A DNA stretch of 64,000 nucleotides from Opitutales bacterium (GCA_965197745.1 CBDANS010000007.1:1-64000), one strand, 5' to 3'; counted from the stretch's first letter, positions 1 to 9,644 are shown. The notes: generated by a model not told the origin, from the letters alone. Made by a program: numbers and translations.

Positions 1-2
1 CC

Positions 3-323
3 CGTGAGCTCGTCAATCAAATCACTTCAGGCAACGACATCGCGATTACCCCCGACGGACCCCGTGGTCCGCGCTACCAGTTCAAACCGGGCGCCGCTCT
101 CGTCGCGCGCCAGGCGAAATCACCTGTCCTTCTTATCACCGGTAAGTTCCACAACGCCTGGCGCCTTAAGAGTTGGGACCGTTTTTATCTCCCCAAACCT
201 TTTTCTGTAGTCGAATTTCAATGCCGTTACTACGAAGAACTGCCCGAAACAAAATCCAATGATGATGTGGCTGAATTTCTAGGGAGAAGCCTGATGGAAA
301 TTACCGATGATCAATCGGAATGA
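3..323 (+). CDS. DUF374 / lysophospholipid acyltransferase-family protein, 3' part only (5' end outside window)
   Basis: Own translation of frame 3: ...DIAITPDGPRGPRYQFKPGAALVAR...WRLKSWDRFYLPKPFS...stop TGA 321-323; ITPDGPRGP and SWDRFxLPKPF are typical of this family. Absent from the ORF track because it has no start. Confidence 0.85.
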   Translation, partial: RELVNQITSGNDIAITPDGPRGPRYQFKPGAALVARQAKSPVLLITGKFHNAWRLKSWDRFYLPKPFSVVEFQCRYYEELPETKSNDDVAEFLGRSLMEITDDQSE

Positions 324-390
324 AAAGCGCGGTCGCGCGTTGGATATAAGTCGAAAGTCTAAAGTCAAAAGAAACAAGTGTTAAGTGTCA

Positions 391-466
391 GGTGGAGCGG
401 TGTGCCCCAGCACGCTTCTTTATTTAGTAGCTAAGATATAACGCGATAGGGACATCGCGTTCCACC
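391..466. repeat. REP-like inverted pair (GGTGGAGCGG...CGCGTTCCACC)
   Basis: Two imperfect palindromes in inverted orientation around an AT-rich spacer. Confidence 0.6.
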
Positions 467-472
467 ATTTCA

Positions 473-574
473 TCTGGAGGAACGCGCTCCGTCGCGTCCG
501 TAACCATTATTTAAAATAAAAAAAATAAATGATTCTCAATTTTAAGCGGCCACGACGGAGCGTGGCCCTCCAGA
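473..574. repeat. REP-like inverted pair (TCTGGAGGAACGCGCTCCGTCGCGTCCG ... CGGCCACGACGGAGCGTGGCCCTCCAGA)
   Basis: Same family recurs at 1751-1775 and 4067-4096; 523-574 is nearly identical to 4045-4096. Confidence 0.75.
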
Positions 575-774
575 GTTATTTCTTTCCGATCTTTCCGTTC
601 TTCCTGTAAAATTTCTCTTTTATTTAAAATTCCCTCTTGTGCCTTTGAAAAATGTCGCCTTCGGCTCGGTAGTGGCTATCATAAAAAATATATGCAGAAG
701 GGATCAACCGTCGCTCTGCTAAGTAGAGCTATGGTGTGACAGGTACTGCTTACTACCCGAATCACTTTAGTACG

Positions 775-1590
775 TCAGTTATTTCTTGCTTCCGACATTA
801 GTATTTCGATTTGAACTAGGGCGGCTTCTATCTTAAACTCAAGTGCTTTTTGGCCATAGGCAACGCTCGCGTGTGAGGGGTTGCCGGTGAATCCCATTTC
901 ATCATAATTGCTGCTCGGCTCTAACTTGGCTTCTCGAATTAATGTTGCATCGATAGCCAGAAGTATCGAAGTAGCTACCAATCCTGCATGTTGACCGATA
1001 TCTTCTGGTGTTTCACCTTGTTCCTGTAACCAATCTAATATGCGGCTTCCCCCGTAGTAGTATTCGGACACGTAGTGGACACGAACATCGGTATCGGCCC
1101 ATTCCCGGTTGAGCATCTCAGCAACCGCTTCCAATCCGGCTTGATTTTTATCACTGTCACCAAGGAGGATGATATCTTTAAACCCATTCACCTTAAAGCT
1201 TCGCGCCGCATATTCTGCCACCTTCATAAAGTACTCGTTAGGCAATGTTATAGTGCCAGGGTAATGCATATGACCGGCAGGTTGATCAAGATCTCCTTCA
1301 GGCACATAAGCGAGTACGGGAGCGACTAATGCATTGCCAAGCCTTCGGGCGATTTGTTCGGCTGTGTGTCTGACGATATAATTATGCTTCCCTAAAACCA
1401 AATGTGGACCGTTCTGTTCGGTGCCACCAGTGGGAAAAATGATCGAAGTATTTCCCGCCTCAATTGCATCCCGCACTTCAGTCCAGGTAAGCTCCTCCAG
1501 GAAGACGGTGTCGGGAATCTTCTGTGAAAGAGAAGCTGCAGGAAAAACGAGTAAAATCCAAATCACCGCAGTAAAGTATTTCATATTCAT
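775..1590 (-). CDS. creatininase / creatinine amidohydrolase family protein with signal peptide
   Basis: LEELTWTEV, PTGGTEQNGPHLVLGKH, YPGTITL and HAG motifs; hydrophobic N-terminus. Confidence 0.88.
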   Translation of the reverse strand: MNMKYFTAVIWILLVFPAASLSQKIPDTVFLEELTWTEVRDAIEAGNTSIIFPTGGTEQNGPHLVLGKHNYIVRHTAEQIARRLGNALVAPVLAYVPEGDLDQPAGHMHYPGTITLPNEYFMKVAEYAARSFKVNGFKDIILLGDSDKNQAGLEAVAEMLNREWADTDVRVHYVSEYYYGGSRILDWLQEQGETPEDIGQHAGLVATSILLAIDATLIREAKLEPSSNYDEMGFTGNPSHASVAYGQKALEFKIEAALVQIEILMSEARNN

Positions 1591-1600
1591 GATGGGTAAA

Positions 1601-1675
1601 AGAGTCGAAAGTCAAAGGTCTAAGGTCGAAAGTCAAAGGGGAAATGCGTGAATGCGTGTAAGAGGTAATGCGGAA
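1601..1675 (+). repeat. degenerate heptamer (AAAGTCR/AAGGTCN) then octamer (AATGCGTG) tandem repeats
   Basis: agagtcg aaagtca aaggtct aaggtcg aaagtca; aatgcgtg aatgcgtg; mirrored at 4110-4186. Confidence 0.7.
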
Positions 1676-1750
1676 TTAAAGTTAATCAATGCGCATTCGT
1701 AATCAGTATTCTGCAATAAATAATTGTCGAATCTCCGGGTTTATCCATAG

Positions 1751-1775
1751 GGAGGGCCACGCTCCGTCGTGGCCG
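1751..1775. repeat. REP-like palindrome GGAGGGCCACGCTCCGTCGTGGCCG
   Basis: Hairpin GGCCACG-ctcCGT-CGTGGCC; inverted partner at 4067-4096. Confidence 0.7.
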
Positions 1776-1806
1776 TGCGTATTGCTAATATTGATTATTC
1801 TATTGT

Positions 1807-1906
1807 GTCATCGCGAAGGACGCGAAGCCGACTGCGGCGATCCAGGGGAATGTCTGTAGCGTAACATTATCTGCCTGGATTGCTTCGTCGCGTTGCTTCT
1901 CGCAAT
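1807..1906. repeat. palindromic intergenic repeat of the GTCATTGCGA...GCAATCC / GGATTGCTTCGTCGC...TCGCAAT type
   Basis: Related half copies at 28377-28404 and 44057-44097. Confidence 0.65.
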
Positions 1907-1968
1907 TTCAATAGGGAGTAATTCAGTGACGAAGACGACGACGAACACGAAGACGAAGAGATGTATTA

Positions 1969-2514
1969 TTATTTCTCCTTCCTTTTATTGTCCCTAAGCA
2001 AATTAAATTCGGAGTGATACTTCACCGTTCCCGAAACTCCATCGCATCCACCGGGCATTAATTCCTGCACCATGAATACATCATCAGGCACATGATAGGT
2101 TAGTCTTAATCCTTTGGATCAAGCAGGCAGGAATCCAAAACGCGGGTAATACTCAGGGTGACCAACCACGAATACAATCTTGTGTTCGTATCGCCTACAC
2201 GCGGAAAGTCCCTCTTCAATGAGTTTAGAGCCAATCCCTTGTCTCTGGTACTCGGGCAGAACGGCTATCGGTCCCAAACCCAGCGCTTTCACGGTTTCTG
2301 CTTCACCACCAATTTCAACGGGGGTAAATAAAATATGCCCGACTAAGTGTCCCTCTTTCTCAGCGACCAGGGAGAGGTTAGGATCGAAGGCGCCCTGTTC
2401 CCGGAGAGCGCTGACCAATCGCGCTTCTCCATCCGATTTAAAAGCGCGACTGTTGATCGAGAAGATGGCTTCATAGTCGGCTGCAGTCTCGCAACGTATA
2501 TTAATTGTGGTCAT
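1969..2514 (-). pseudogene. GNAT N-acetyltransferase (YhbS-like) with internal TGA
   Basis: LGPIAVLPEYQRQGIGSKLI and VVGHPEYYPRFGF; after TGA (2119-2121) the same frame continues SKGLRLTYHVPDDVFMVQELMPGGCDGVSGTVKYHSEF, the normal C-terminus, to TAA 1969-1971. Confidence 0.85.
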
Positions 2515-2623
2515 GATAATCTTCGTCTTCGTCTGCCTCTCCGCCTTCGTCTTAAATTGAGTGCTTATTAAAACGCGTTTATAACCTTAACACAAGACAA
2601 CAACCATTAATTATGAAACATAA

Positions 2624-3031
2624 GTGGTTAAAAGACTTAGAAACTGTTTCCTGTTTGGCTTTGGAGTCGGGATTGGTCTTATTATCGAGTTCTACATCCA
2701 CCAGGAGTCCACAATGATATTGTTTGGCTTTGCAAGTTTGATGCTTTTGTGTGTTCTTTTATGTGCTATTCCTGAATTAAAAACGTGGCTTTTTGTTTTC
2801 AAACAAAACTATGTGATATATGTTTTGAGAGTTGAGAATATTGATGGTCTCGATCACTTTTTTGCTCGAGATATGCAAGGCGAATTTTTATACGACATTC
2901 AATGCTCTACAAAAGATTATAAACGCCCTCCATACGATGTTGGAACTGTAGTATATGTACGTGGTAAACGTGGCTGTAAGAGGAAAGGAGCTTATCAATT
3001 ACTCGTTGATTGCTTTGTTACCATACCATGA
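2624..3031 (+). CDS. hypothetical membrane protein, passenger in IS1595
   Basis: 135 aa, two N-terminal hydrophobic segments, AT-rich, inside the TIRs. Confidence 0.55.
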   Translation: MVKRLRNCFLFGFGVGIGLIIEFYIHQESTMILFGFASLMLLCVLLCAIPELKTWLFVFKQNYVIYVLRVENIDGLDHFFARDMQGEFLYDIQCSTKDYKRPPYDVGTVVYVRGKRGCKRKGAYQLLVDCFVTIP

Positions 3032-3111
3032 TCAGAAATAGAACGCTTAATGACTCAAAATGACAACTAAATCACAGGCGAGGTTTAATGCACTGATCAA
3101 AGCAGCGTGCT

Positions 3112-3966
3112 CTAAAGATTTGCGACCAAATCCCCAAAAATCGCGTTCGGCCAATCCCGACGATTGTAGCGATATTCAAACTCCTTCACATATTTCTGGA
3201 GATGCTTCTTCGAAACGTGGACGTGCGTCCCGCGTATCGAAAGCTTCAAGCGCGCCCAGAACCCCTCAATCCCGTTAACATGAATATCTCCCCGACTATA
3301 TTCGCCATCCCCGTGATTAACAGTTCTATGCCTATAACCAATTTTATTAATCCCATTATAAGATCGGAGTTCATCAGTATGCATTATGCTTCCTTGTTTC
3401 ACGTTTTCTTTAACAATGGGTTGAAGGACGTGTTTGCGAACATTAGGAACAATTTTAGTCATTATTTCGCCGTTACGTTCAAGCATCCCAAAGACCACCG
3501 TTTTATTAGATGCACCACGTCCACGCTTGCCCCCAGAATGTCTCCCCCAAATATAGATTTCGTCGGCTTCTACAATACCTTTCAAAGTATTTTCACCGTC
3601 AACGTCCGCCATATATTTGCGAATTTCGTGCGCCATACGCCATGCGGTTTTGTATGGCACGTCAAGTTGCCGACTCAGTTCCATTGCTGCAACACCATGC
3701 CGAGAAGTAGAAAACAAATACATGGCGTAGAACCACTTATGGAGAGGAAGGTGGGTATTCCCCATAAGTGTTCCAACACATGGGTAAAGATGATGACCAC
3801 AGTGTTGGCATACATATCCACGATCTCTTGTCATGCGATAAAACTTACTAAAAGCGTCACATTTTGGGCAGTCAAGCTCTGTGCCACCATAGCGCTCAAC
3901 CATAATACGTTGCAAACATGCTTCATCGTTAGGGAATTGCTTTTGGAATTCATAGAAACTTTTCAT
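3112..3966 (-). CDS. IS1595-family DDE transposase
   Basis: Zn ribbon CPKC...CQHC, VEADEIY, HTDELRSY, VNGIEGFW, KHLQKYVKEFEYRYN. Confidence 0.95.
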   Translation of the reverse strand: MKSFYEFQKQFPNDEACLQRIMVERYGGTELDCPKCDAFSKFYRMTRDRGYVCQHCGHHLYPCVGTLMGNTHLPLHKWFYAMYLFSTSRHGVAAMELSRQLDVPYKTAWRMAHEIRKYMADVDGENTLKGIVEADEIYIWGRHSGGKRGRGASNKTVVFGMLERNGEIMTKIVPNVRKHVLQPIVKENVKQGSIMHTDELRSYNGINKIGYRHRTVNHGDGEYSRGDIHVNGIEGFWARLKLSIRGTHVHVSKKHLQKYVKEFEYRYNRRDWPNAIFGDLVANL

Positions 3967-4066
3967 ATTGTCCTTAATTTTGGTTTAATTGAGGGTAAAT
4001 ATAACACACAATTAAACTTGTGTAAAGGTTATAAACGCGTAAGAAAATAAATGATTTTCAATTATA

Positions 4067-4186
4067 AGCGGACGCAACGGAGTGCGTCCCTCCAGAAAAT
4101 GCATCGCTTACTCACATCCCCGCATATACACATTATCACTTTCACGCATACTCGCATTCCACTACCTTCGACCTTCGACTTTTGAC
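4067..4186 (-). repeat. inverted counterparts of the REP, octamer and heptamer repeats at 1601-1775
   Basis: GCGGACGCAACGGAGTGCGTCCCTCCAG; ttcacgcatactcgcatt; accttcg accttcg acttttg act. Confidence 0.7.
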
Positions 4187-5110
4187 TAATATCCCGATAA
4201 GTCCCTTTGTATTTATGGACGAGGCGTCTGAGTTCGGATTTATCGCTGTCCTCGACTTGAAAACCGACAAAGTGAAGGCGGACATCATGTGGAGCATTGT
4301 TTTGTAATTGATTTATTGTCTTTCGCAGATCAAACCAGGGTACTTTTTGCCAGGATTTCCCCCGGGAATTTCGCGGGTCCAGTTGGAGCCGCTCCGTCCA
4401 TCCGTTCTGAATTTGTTATTCAGCCAGTGATCGGCGGCCTCTTTATTTCTGCGGGAGGCGGGGACCATGTATTCCTGGAAAAAATCATAATTTCGAGAAA
4501 ACTGGATAAGGTTAAAAAGGGTATTGGCATTAAATTCATCAATGAGTTTGCGGGTTTCATTTTTAATTTGAGTTATAGGGACACCGCTCAATTCGGCTTT
4601 GCGCAGGACCGATCCCGATATGTCGAAAGCGATGACTACTTTCTCGGCTTTGTCTTCGATCCCAAAAAAAGAAAAAGCCGATGCCTCGGATTTCAAATTA
4701 TTCAATGCAGCCATAATCCCGGATTGTCCGAACAAGGTGTTAGTTCCTTGAAGGTTCATTTCCATACTCAGGGGATTAAATTCTACCATGTGCAGTTCGG
4801 GGAGTTGAGGCAGGGTGTCAGGGAGGAGGGCGGCAGTAGAGATCCTTTCGATACGATGGGGCGAACGCATAGCCTGCTGTTGCTCGGCGAGATGGACGCG
4901 ATGCTCCAGTTCGCGTTGAGGGAGATATATCGTTTTACCCGCGACGAATTCCGGTTCTGATTTTTCTCTCGGGACAAAGACGACGACGAATACCGTGAGC
5001 AATAGAACCAGGGCCTGGACGGCAACGGCGAGGAGTAAAGTTCCGATATTGAAATACGTTTTACCGTTCGCGCGCTTTCTCAAGGCATAGCTGAAAAACT
5101 TCACTCTCAT
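4187..5110 (-). pseudogene. membrane-anchored vWA-domain protein, frameshifted near the C-terminus (3' end approximate)
   Basis: TM segment, FFGIEDKAEKVVIAFDISGS (DxSxS MIDAS); at the T-run 4344-4348 the frame shifts and another frame gives VPWFDLRKTINQLQ...RLHFVGFQ...YKGTYRDI. Confidence 0.7.
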
Positions 5111-5215
5111 TTACAATATCTAAAACCGTCCCTCATTTCCGGGACGCTATGCTTTAAAATACGGTAAATAGGGCTCTTGTATTAATCATAATTTGTGCAT
5201 ACATTTAAACATCGC

Positions 5216-5243
5216 TTGACAGAGTGAAAATAGGCTGTAGTTT
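5216..5243 (+). promoter_or_regulatory. sigma70-like promoter of tRNA-Asp
   Basis: TTGACA-16 bp-TAGTTT ending 14 bp before the tRNA. Confidence 0.55.
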
Positions 5244-5257
5244 CGCCATTTTTGTAT

Positions 5258-5335
5258 GGGGCAGTAGTTCAGTTGGTTTAGAACGCCGGCCTGTCACGCC
5301 GGAGGTCGCGGGTTCAAGTCCCGTCTGTCCCGCCA
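5258..5335 (+). tRNA. tRNA-Asp (anticodon GTC)
   Basis: Acceptor GGGGCAG/CTGTCCC, D-arm GTTCAGTTGGTTTAGAAC, anticodon loop CTGTCAC, T-loop GGTTCAAGTCC, encoded CCA. Confidence 0.97.
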
Positions 5336-5368
5336 TTAAGTTGTTGATGGTGAATAGCTATAAAATAT

Positions 5369-5388
5369 TACTGCCAAAGTACTGCCAA
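5369..5388 (+). promoter_or_regulatory. tandem direct repeat TACTGCCAA x2, putative integrase arm-binding sites
   Basis: tactgccaa ag tactgccaa between the tRNA and the integrase. Confidence 0.5.
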
Positions 5389-5432
5389 TTTATCTTGACG
5401 GGTAATATTTAAAACAGCTAATCTGAATTTCA

Positions 5433-6677
5433 ATGGCCTCAAGGAAGACCAAGGCAAAGATTACTGTTTACCCCAAAAAAAGCGGAATTCGTATTCGCGA
5501 GGTAAATAACTCTAAAAATGGCCAGAAGTTTGGAATTTCATATCTTGTCGATATCCCTGCAAGAATCGCTGGTATAAGAAAAAGGAAACAATTTTCTTTA
5601 TGGTCTGAGGCCAGTTCTTACGCAGAAGGTCAATTCAATATAGCTCAAGTTAGTGGTCATCGTGGTTTTGCTCTTTCAGATAGTAACAGAGAAGATGCAA
5701 TTAAAGCATTACATATTGTTAGAGGTTTAAATCTAAGTCTGACTGAAGCTGCAGAATTCGCTCATAAGCATTTATCTCCCCCAAAAGGGGATATAACCGT
5801 TTGTGCACTTATAGAAGAATTAATAGAAGCCAAACATAATGTGAATTTGAGGTCTCGGTCTATAAATGACCTGAAATCTCGATTGGGTTTATTTTCGGAG
5901 TCATTTGGCAACTACCTGGTCAAGTCAGTATCAAACAATGAAATCAGAGTATGGTTAAAAGAAAGTTTTCCAGAATATTCACCAAGAAGTATTAAAAATT
6001 ATCGTAACTGTATTCATTCATTTTTTAGCTATGCAGTAGAAAACGGCTACCGTGAAGATAATCCTGTTACGAGGATTCCAGTCCCCAAAGAAGATTGGAA
6101 ACCACCAGTAATACTAACTCCTGAACAGGCAAGTCGGTTACTGGAAACTGCAGTTTCCAGACCACAGTTAGGTCTTTTACCATTTGTTACACTTCAACTC
6201 TTTGCTGGCTTAAGAACAACCGAGATAACCCGATTAACCTGGAATGCGATTAATCTGGAAGAAAAAATACTAACGATCGGAGCAGACATAGCAAAAAAAA
6301 GACAATTCAGAATAGTCGAACTTATGCCCGTTACAATAGCATGGCTTGAATGTTGTCATCCCAAGAAAGGGGAAATTACTCCAGGGCGCTTCGATGATCG
6401 TTTAGCAGAACTCCGGAAACTTGCCGGTTTCGAAAACTGGCGAAAAGATTATAGTAACGCCGCGAGGCACTCCTTCGCCAGCTATCTGTATGCGCTGACA
6501 TCTGATTCCGCTAAAGTAAGTGCTGCAATAGGTCATCGTGGAAGTGATGTCGTATTGTTTGATTTTTACCGCAGCGTCGCCCGTAAAATTGATGCTGATG
6601 CCTACTTCAATCTCTATCCGGAATCAATTTCTCATAAAATAGTCCCCTTCAAAGCTGCACCCACTAAAATAACATAA
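5433..6677 (+). CDS. tyrosine recombinase / phage-type integrase
   Basis: FAGLRTTEI (R), AKKR (K), ARHSFASY, IGH, DFYR (Y). Confidence 0.95.
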   Translation: MASRKTKAKITVYPKKSGIRIREVNNSKNGQKFGISYLVDIPARIAGIRKRKQFSLWSEASSYAEGQFNIAQVSGHRGFALSDSNREDAIKALHIVRGLNLSLTEAAEFAHKHLSPPKGDITVCALIEELIEAKHNVNLRSRSINDLKSRLGLFSESFGNYLVKSVSNNEIRVWLKESFPEYSPRSIKNYRNCIHSFFSYAVENGYREDNPVTRIPVPKEDWKPPVILTPEQASRLLETAVSRPQLGLLPFVTLQLFAGLRTTEITRLTWNAINLEEKILTIGADIAKKRQFRIVELMPVTIAWLECCHPKKGEITPGRFDDRLAELRKLAGFENWRKDYSNAARHSFASYLYALTSDSAKVSAAIGHRGSDVVLFDFYRSVARKIDADAYFNLYPESISHKIVPFKAAPTKIT

Positions 6678-6684
6678 CAAACTC

Positions 6685-7653
6685 ATGGACCCAGAGATGA
6701 TTGACCTATATAATCCGCATGATGACGGTCCACCCGCTAAAATATGGGAGTTATTAAGGCGCAATGCTGATTTTCAAAAAGTATGTGAGAGAATAGAACC
6801 AATAAGAACTGATTTCATTAATTGTGTAAAAAAAGCAGAAGATATTTTTACTTATCAATGGAAAGGTGAAGAGCCAAAAATACAAATAATTTCAATTCCA
6901 AACCACAGATATGCTGAATATACGTTGCAGTGGATGCTCCCGCCCCCGCCGCCATATGATATTTCCACAGATAACCATAAACTTAAAACCTCACAGGGAA
7001 TAAAGCGTGGAATCAGAGCTAGACTTGGTCCTGAACTTAACGGTTCTGGAGTCGCCGATTATATTAAAGATTGGGAGAATAAATCTGCGCCATTAAATCT
7101 TGATGATAACTGGCTAAGTACTCCTCAAGGTTTCCGAAATCAATTTATACAAACGTGGTATCGTAGAGACGTTGCCCCTATGGAGATGACATGGGAAGAA
7201 TTTCTACAACCATATTTCGAACCAGACGGCGAGTCATTATCTCCAGCAGAAACGGATCGAATTAATTCTATATTTAGCGGTGTATTCCAACGTGATTATC
7301 GTTTATTTGCTATATCCAACTACCGGATGCAGCCAGATGATAAAAAGAAAATTCTAGAATGGGTAAAAGAACGGTTAAATGAAGGTCCCCGAGAGGATAA
7401 GCGAAAGCATGATTTTGGAGAGAAGGGAGCCTGGCAAGATTTCCTGGAATGTGAATGTCTAATGAAAGATGTTGTTTCTAGAGAAAATGTTTTTAAAGAA
7501 GTTTGCAGGATTCACTATGGTGAAGATATGGAAGATACAAACCTTCGAGAAATAGATAGGCATTATTTCCAAATTAATTCAGAGCTCGACAACAAAGGGT
7601 TAATACAGCGTATATACCCTGACTTTTCTAAAGCGCTGACTAATAACCCGTAG
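6685..7653 (+). CDS. hypothetical protein with DUF6499-like N-terminal motif
   Basis: WELLRRNADFQ resembles the WEFLRRNPxY motif; lies between integrase and excisionase. Confidence 0.5.
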   Translation: MDPEMIDLYNPHDDGPPAKIWELLRRNADFQKVCERIEPIRTDFINCVKKAEDIFTYQWKGEEPKIQIISIPNHRYAEYTLQWMLPPPPPYDISTDNHKLKTSQGIKRGIRARLGPELNGSGVADYIKDWENKSAPLNLDDNWLSTPQGFRNQFIQTWYRRDVAPMEMTWEEFLQPYFEPDGESLSPAETDRINSIFSGVFQRDYRLFAISNYRMQPDDKKKILEWVKERLNEGPREDKRKHDFGEKGAWQDFLECECLMKDVVSRENVFKEVCRIHYGEDMEDTNLREIDRHYFQINSELDNKGLIQRIYPDFSKALTNNP

Positions 7654-7734
7654 AAGATTCGATTTGAATCGTCTACAGGAAATCAGTCGCCTGTGTGATA
7701 TACTGTTCTGCATCTTTCATAATAAGACAGAGCA

Positions 7735-7986
7735 GTGAAAAACAATTCAATTCCAGAAGCTACTGAACTAAAGCACTCCGGTGTAGACTCTTCGGCGAAT
7801 CTACCAACTATTCTCACAGAAAAAGAGGTCGCTGATTTACTTCGATGCAGTCCGAGGCATGTTCGTAATCTGGTCAATCGCAGAATTATTCCAGTAGTCA
7901 AACTTGGACGGTCCAGGCGATTTCGTCGCGATTCTGTATTATCTGCAGTCGCCAAACTCGAAATACCGACAATCACTTTTGATTGA
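7735..7986 (+). CDS. excisionase-like helix-turn-helix protein (HTH_17)
   Basis: ILTEKEVADLLRCSPRHVRNLV...IPVVKLGRSRRFRRDSV. Confidence 0.9.
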   Translation: MKNNSIPEATELKHSGVDSSANLPTILTEKEVADLLRCSPRHVRNLVNRRIIPVVKLGRSRRFRRDSVLSAVAKLEIPTITFD

Positions 7987-8007
7987 ATTGCTTATATCAC
8001 ACCTGCA

Positions 8008-8712
8008 ATGACACACCAAGGGTACATATTGCTCCATAGAAAGCTACTTGACTCAGATCTTTGGCGACTACCACCGGCAACCGTGGTAACAGCCATATAT
8101 TTAATCTTATCTTGTAATCATCAGCCTTCGCTTTGGGCGACAATTACTATCGATAGAGGTGAGACATTCCGAACGATCAATAGAATAGCAACTGAAAGCT
8201 CAATGTCCGCTCCCACCATTCGCAACGCTCTTAGAAAGCTGGAATCAATCGGTTTCATCAAAATATACACACCATTGGGGAAAAACAGGGGATCTCTAAT
8301 CAAAGTTATAAATTATCACAAATATCAAAGTCATCTTTCACCTCAGTCTGATTCTTCGCTTACTTATGAAAAGGGCAAAAAGCACTTGAATAATTCTGGT
8401 CCCGAGCTTGAGCAACAAGCAGAGGAAATCTACAAAAAATACCCAAAAAAAGTAGGTAAACCTGATGCCATTAACGCAATTAAAAAGGCCATAAATAAGG
8501 ACGGCTTTAAGCACGTTTTTGAAAGGACCGAGTTATACGCTAAGGAGTATAACGGTGAGAGCAGATATATTCCCCATCCAAGTAAATTCTTCAATCAGGA
8601 ACGCTATAATGATGACCCATCTGAATGGTCACAAAATGCAAAAATTACTTCGAGCCAATTTAAACCACCACAAATTTCAAACGATAATTTCACAACGGGA
8701 ATAGAGGAGTAA
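8008..8712 (+). CDS. phage-type replication initiator protein
   Basis: QGYILLHRKLLDS, wHTH (TIRNALRKLESIGFI), C-terminal YPKKVGK...YIPHPSKFFNQERYND. Confidence 0.8.
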   Translation: MTHQGYILLHRKLLDSDLWRLPPATVVTAIYLILSCNHQPSLWATITIDRGETFRTINRIATESSMSAPTIRNALRKLESIGFIKIYTPLGKNRGSLIKVINYHKYQSHLSPQSDSSLTYEKGKKHLNNSGPELEQQAEEIYKKYPKKVGKPDAINAIKKAINKDGFKHVFERTELYAKEYNGESRYIPHPSKFFNQERYNDDPSEWSQNAKITSSQFKPPQISNDNFTTGIEE

Positions 8713-8714
8713 CT

Positions 8715-9644
8715 ATGAATAGTGTCGATCTAAAAAAGGACTTATGGGAAGATGTACCGAAGGGTGATGCTTCGAAAATAGAAAAAGCACACCAGCGATG
8801 GGTGTCAGAGTTACCACTACGATATTGTTACTTTCATAAAGAGGTTCAAATAACCTTAAAGGCTGAAGAAAGCATAAGCCAAGTTAAGAAAGATAATGAT
8901 GCGTCCACACGATTTGTACTGACACCAGCATTATCTAAAGATAATTGGCGGTTTTACTTCATAGGCGAATGCACAGAATGTAATTGGGAAACAAAAGCAA
9001 AAGTCGCGGGTATCCCAACAGGGTATTGTCGTTGTTCTTTTAATAATTTTAAATGTGATGAGGAAAACCTGGATAGTATAGTCGAACGAGTAAAATCATA
9101 TGCAAATAACCCTCATGGATTTTTGCTTTTGAAAGGAGGATATGGAACTGGGAAAACTCATTTGGGCGTATCAGTTTTAAGAGAATTAAGAGAAACATCG
9201 CTATCGTTTAAATACATCACTCATTTAAATTTAATTCGAGAATATTGTAACTTTCTCTACAGAAATCCAAATACAAATCCTGAGAAAGATCCTGAGGATG
9301 ATGAGGACCGCATAGCCTATATGGAAGATGGACGAGTAAAACATAAGATACAATCAAGATACGAATTTTTACAGGGGTTTCCCCTCCTATGCGTAGATGA
9401 ATTTGGTGACGGTAAAGGCAATGAGGACGAGAGATTAAAAACATTCGAGATTTTCGATTATCGTTTTCGAGAATCACTCTCCACGATATTATTGACAAAT
9501 TTTACAACCGAACAACTAAAAGATATAATCGATCCAAGACTACTGGATCGAATAGAAGAAGCATTGTATGCAAATCTGAATTTGGGCTTCTCTTCGAAAC
9601 GGAAAAGCATGAATTCACAGTATTTGGAAAAAGCTTCCAAGTAG
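8715..9644 (+). CDS. DnaC/IstB-like AAA+ helicase loader
   Basis: AGIP..Y..CSFNNF, Walker A GGYGTGKT, Walker B LCVDEFG, TILLTN, RLLDRI. Confidence 0.9.
   Translation: MNSVDLKKDLWEDVPKGDASKIEKAHQRWVSELPLRYCYFHKEVQITLKAEESISQVKKDNDASTRFVLTPALSKDNWRFYFIGECTECNWETKAKVAGIPTGYCRCSFNNFKCDEENLDSIVERVKSYANNPHGFLLLKGGYGTGKTHLGVSVLRELRETSLSFKYITHLNLIREYCNFLYRNPNTNPEKDPEDDEDRIAYMEDGRVKHKIQSRYEFLQGFPLLCVDEFGDGKGNEDERLKTFEIFDYRFRESLSTILLTNFTTEQLKDIIDPRLLDRIEEALYANLNLGFSSKRKSMNSQYLEKASK

Larger units (their letters stand above)
2574..4039 (-). mobile_element. IS1595-family element with a passenger gene
   Basis: Terminal inverted repeats CGCGTTTATAACCTT(A/T)ACACAAG (1 mismatch) at 2574-2596 and 4017-4039; imperfect 8-bp flanks TATTAAAA/TAAGAAAA. 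Confidence 0.85.

Noticed and set aside
3202..4050. 282-aa plus-strand ORF
   Set aside because: Antisense shadow of the IS1595 transposase.
4289..4960. 223-aa plus-strand ORF
   Set aside because: Antisense to the vWA gene; no motifs.
5224..5412. 62-aa ORF
   Set aside because: Overlaps tRNA-Asp.
5433..6677. Integrase as the integron integrase IntI
   Set aside because: It has a long N-terminal arm and tRNA-adjacent position, shows no IntI-specific insert I could see, and lies 20 kb from the first attC.
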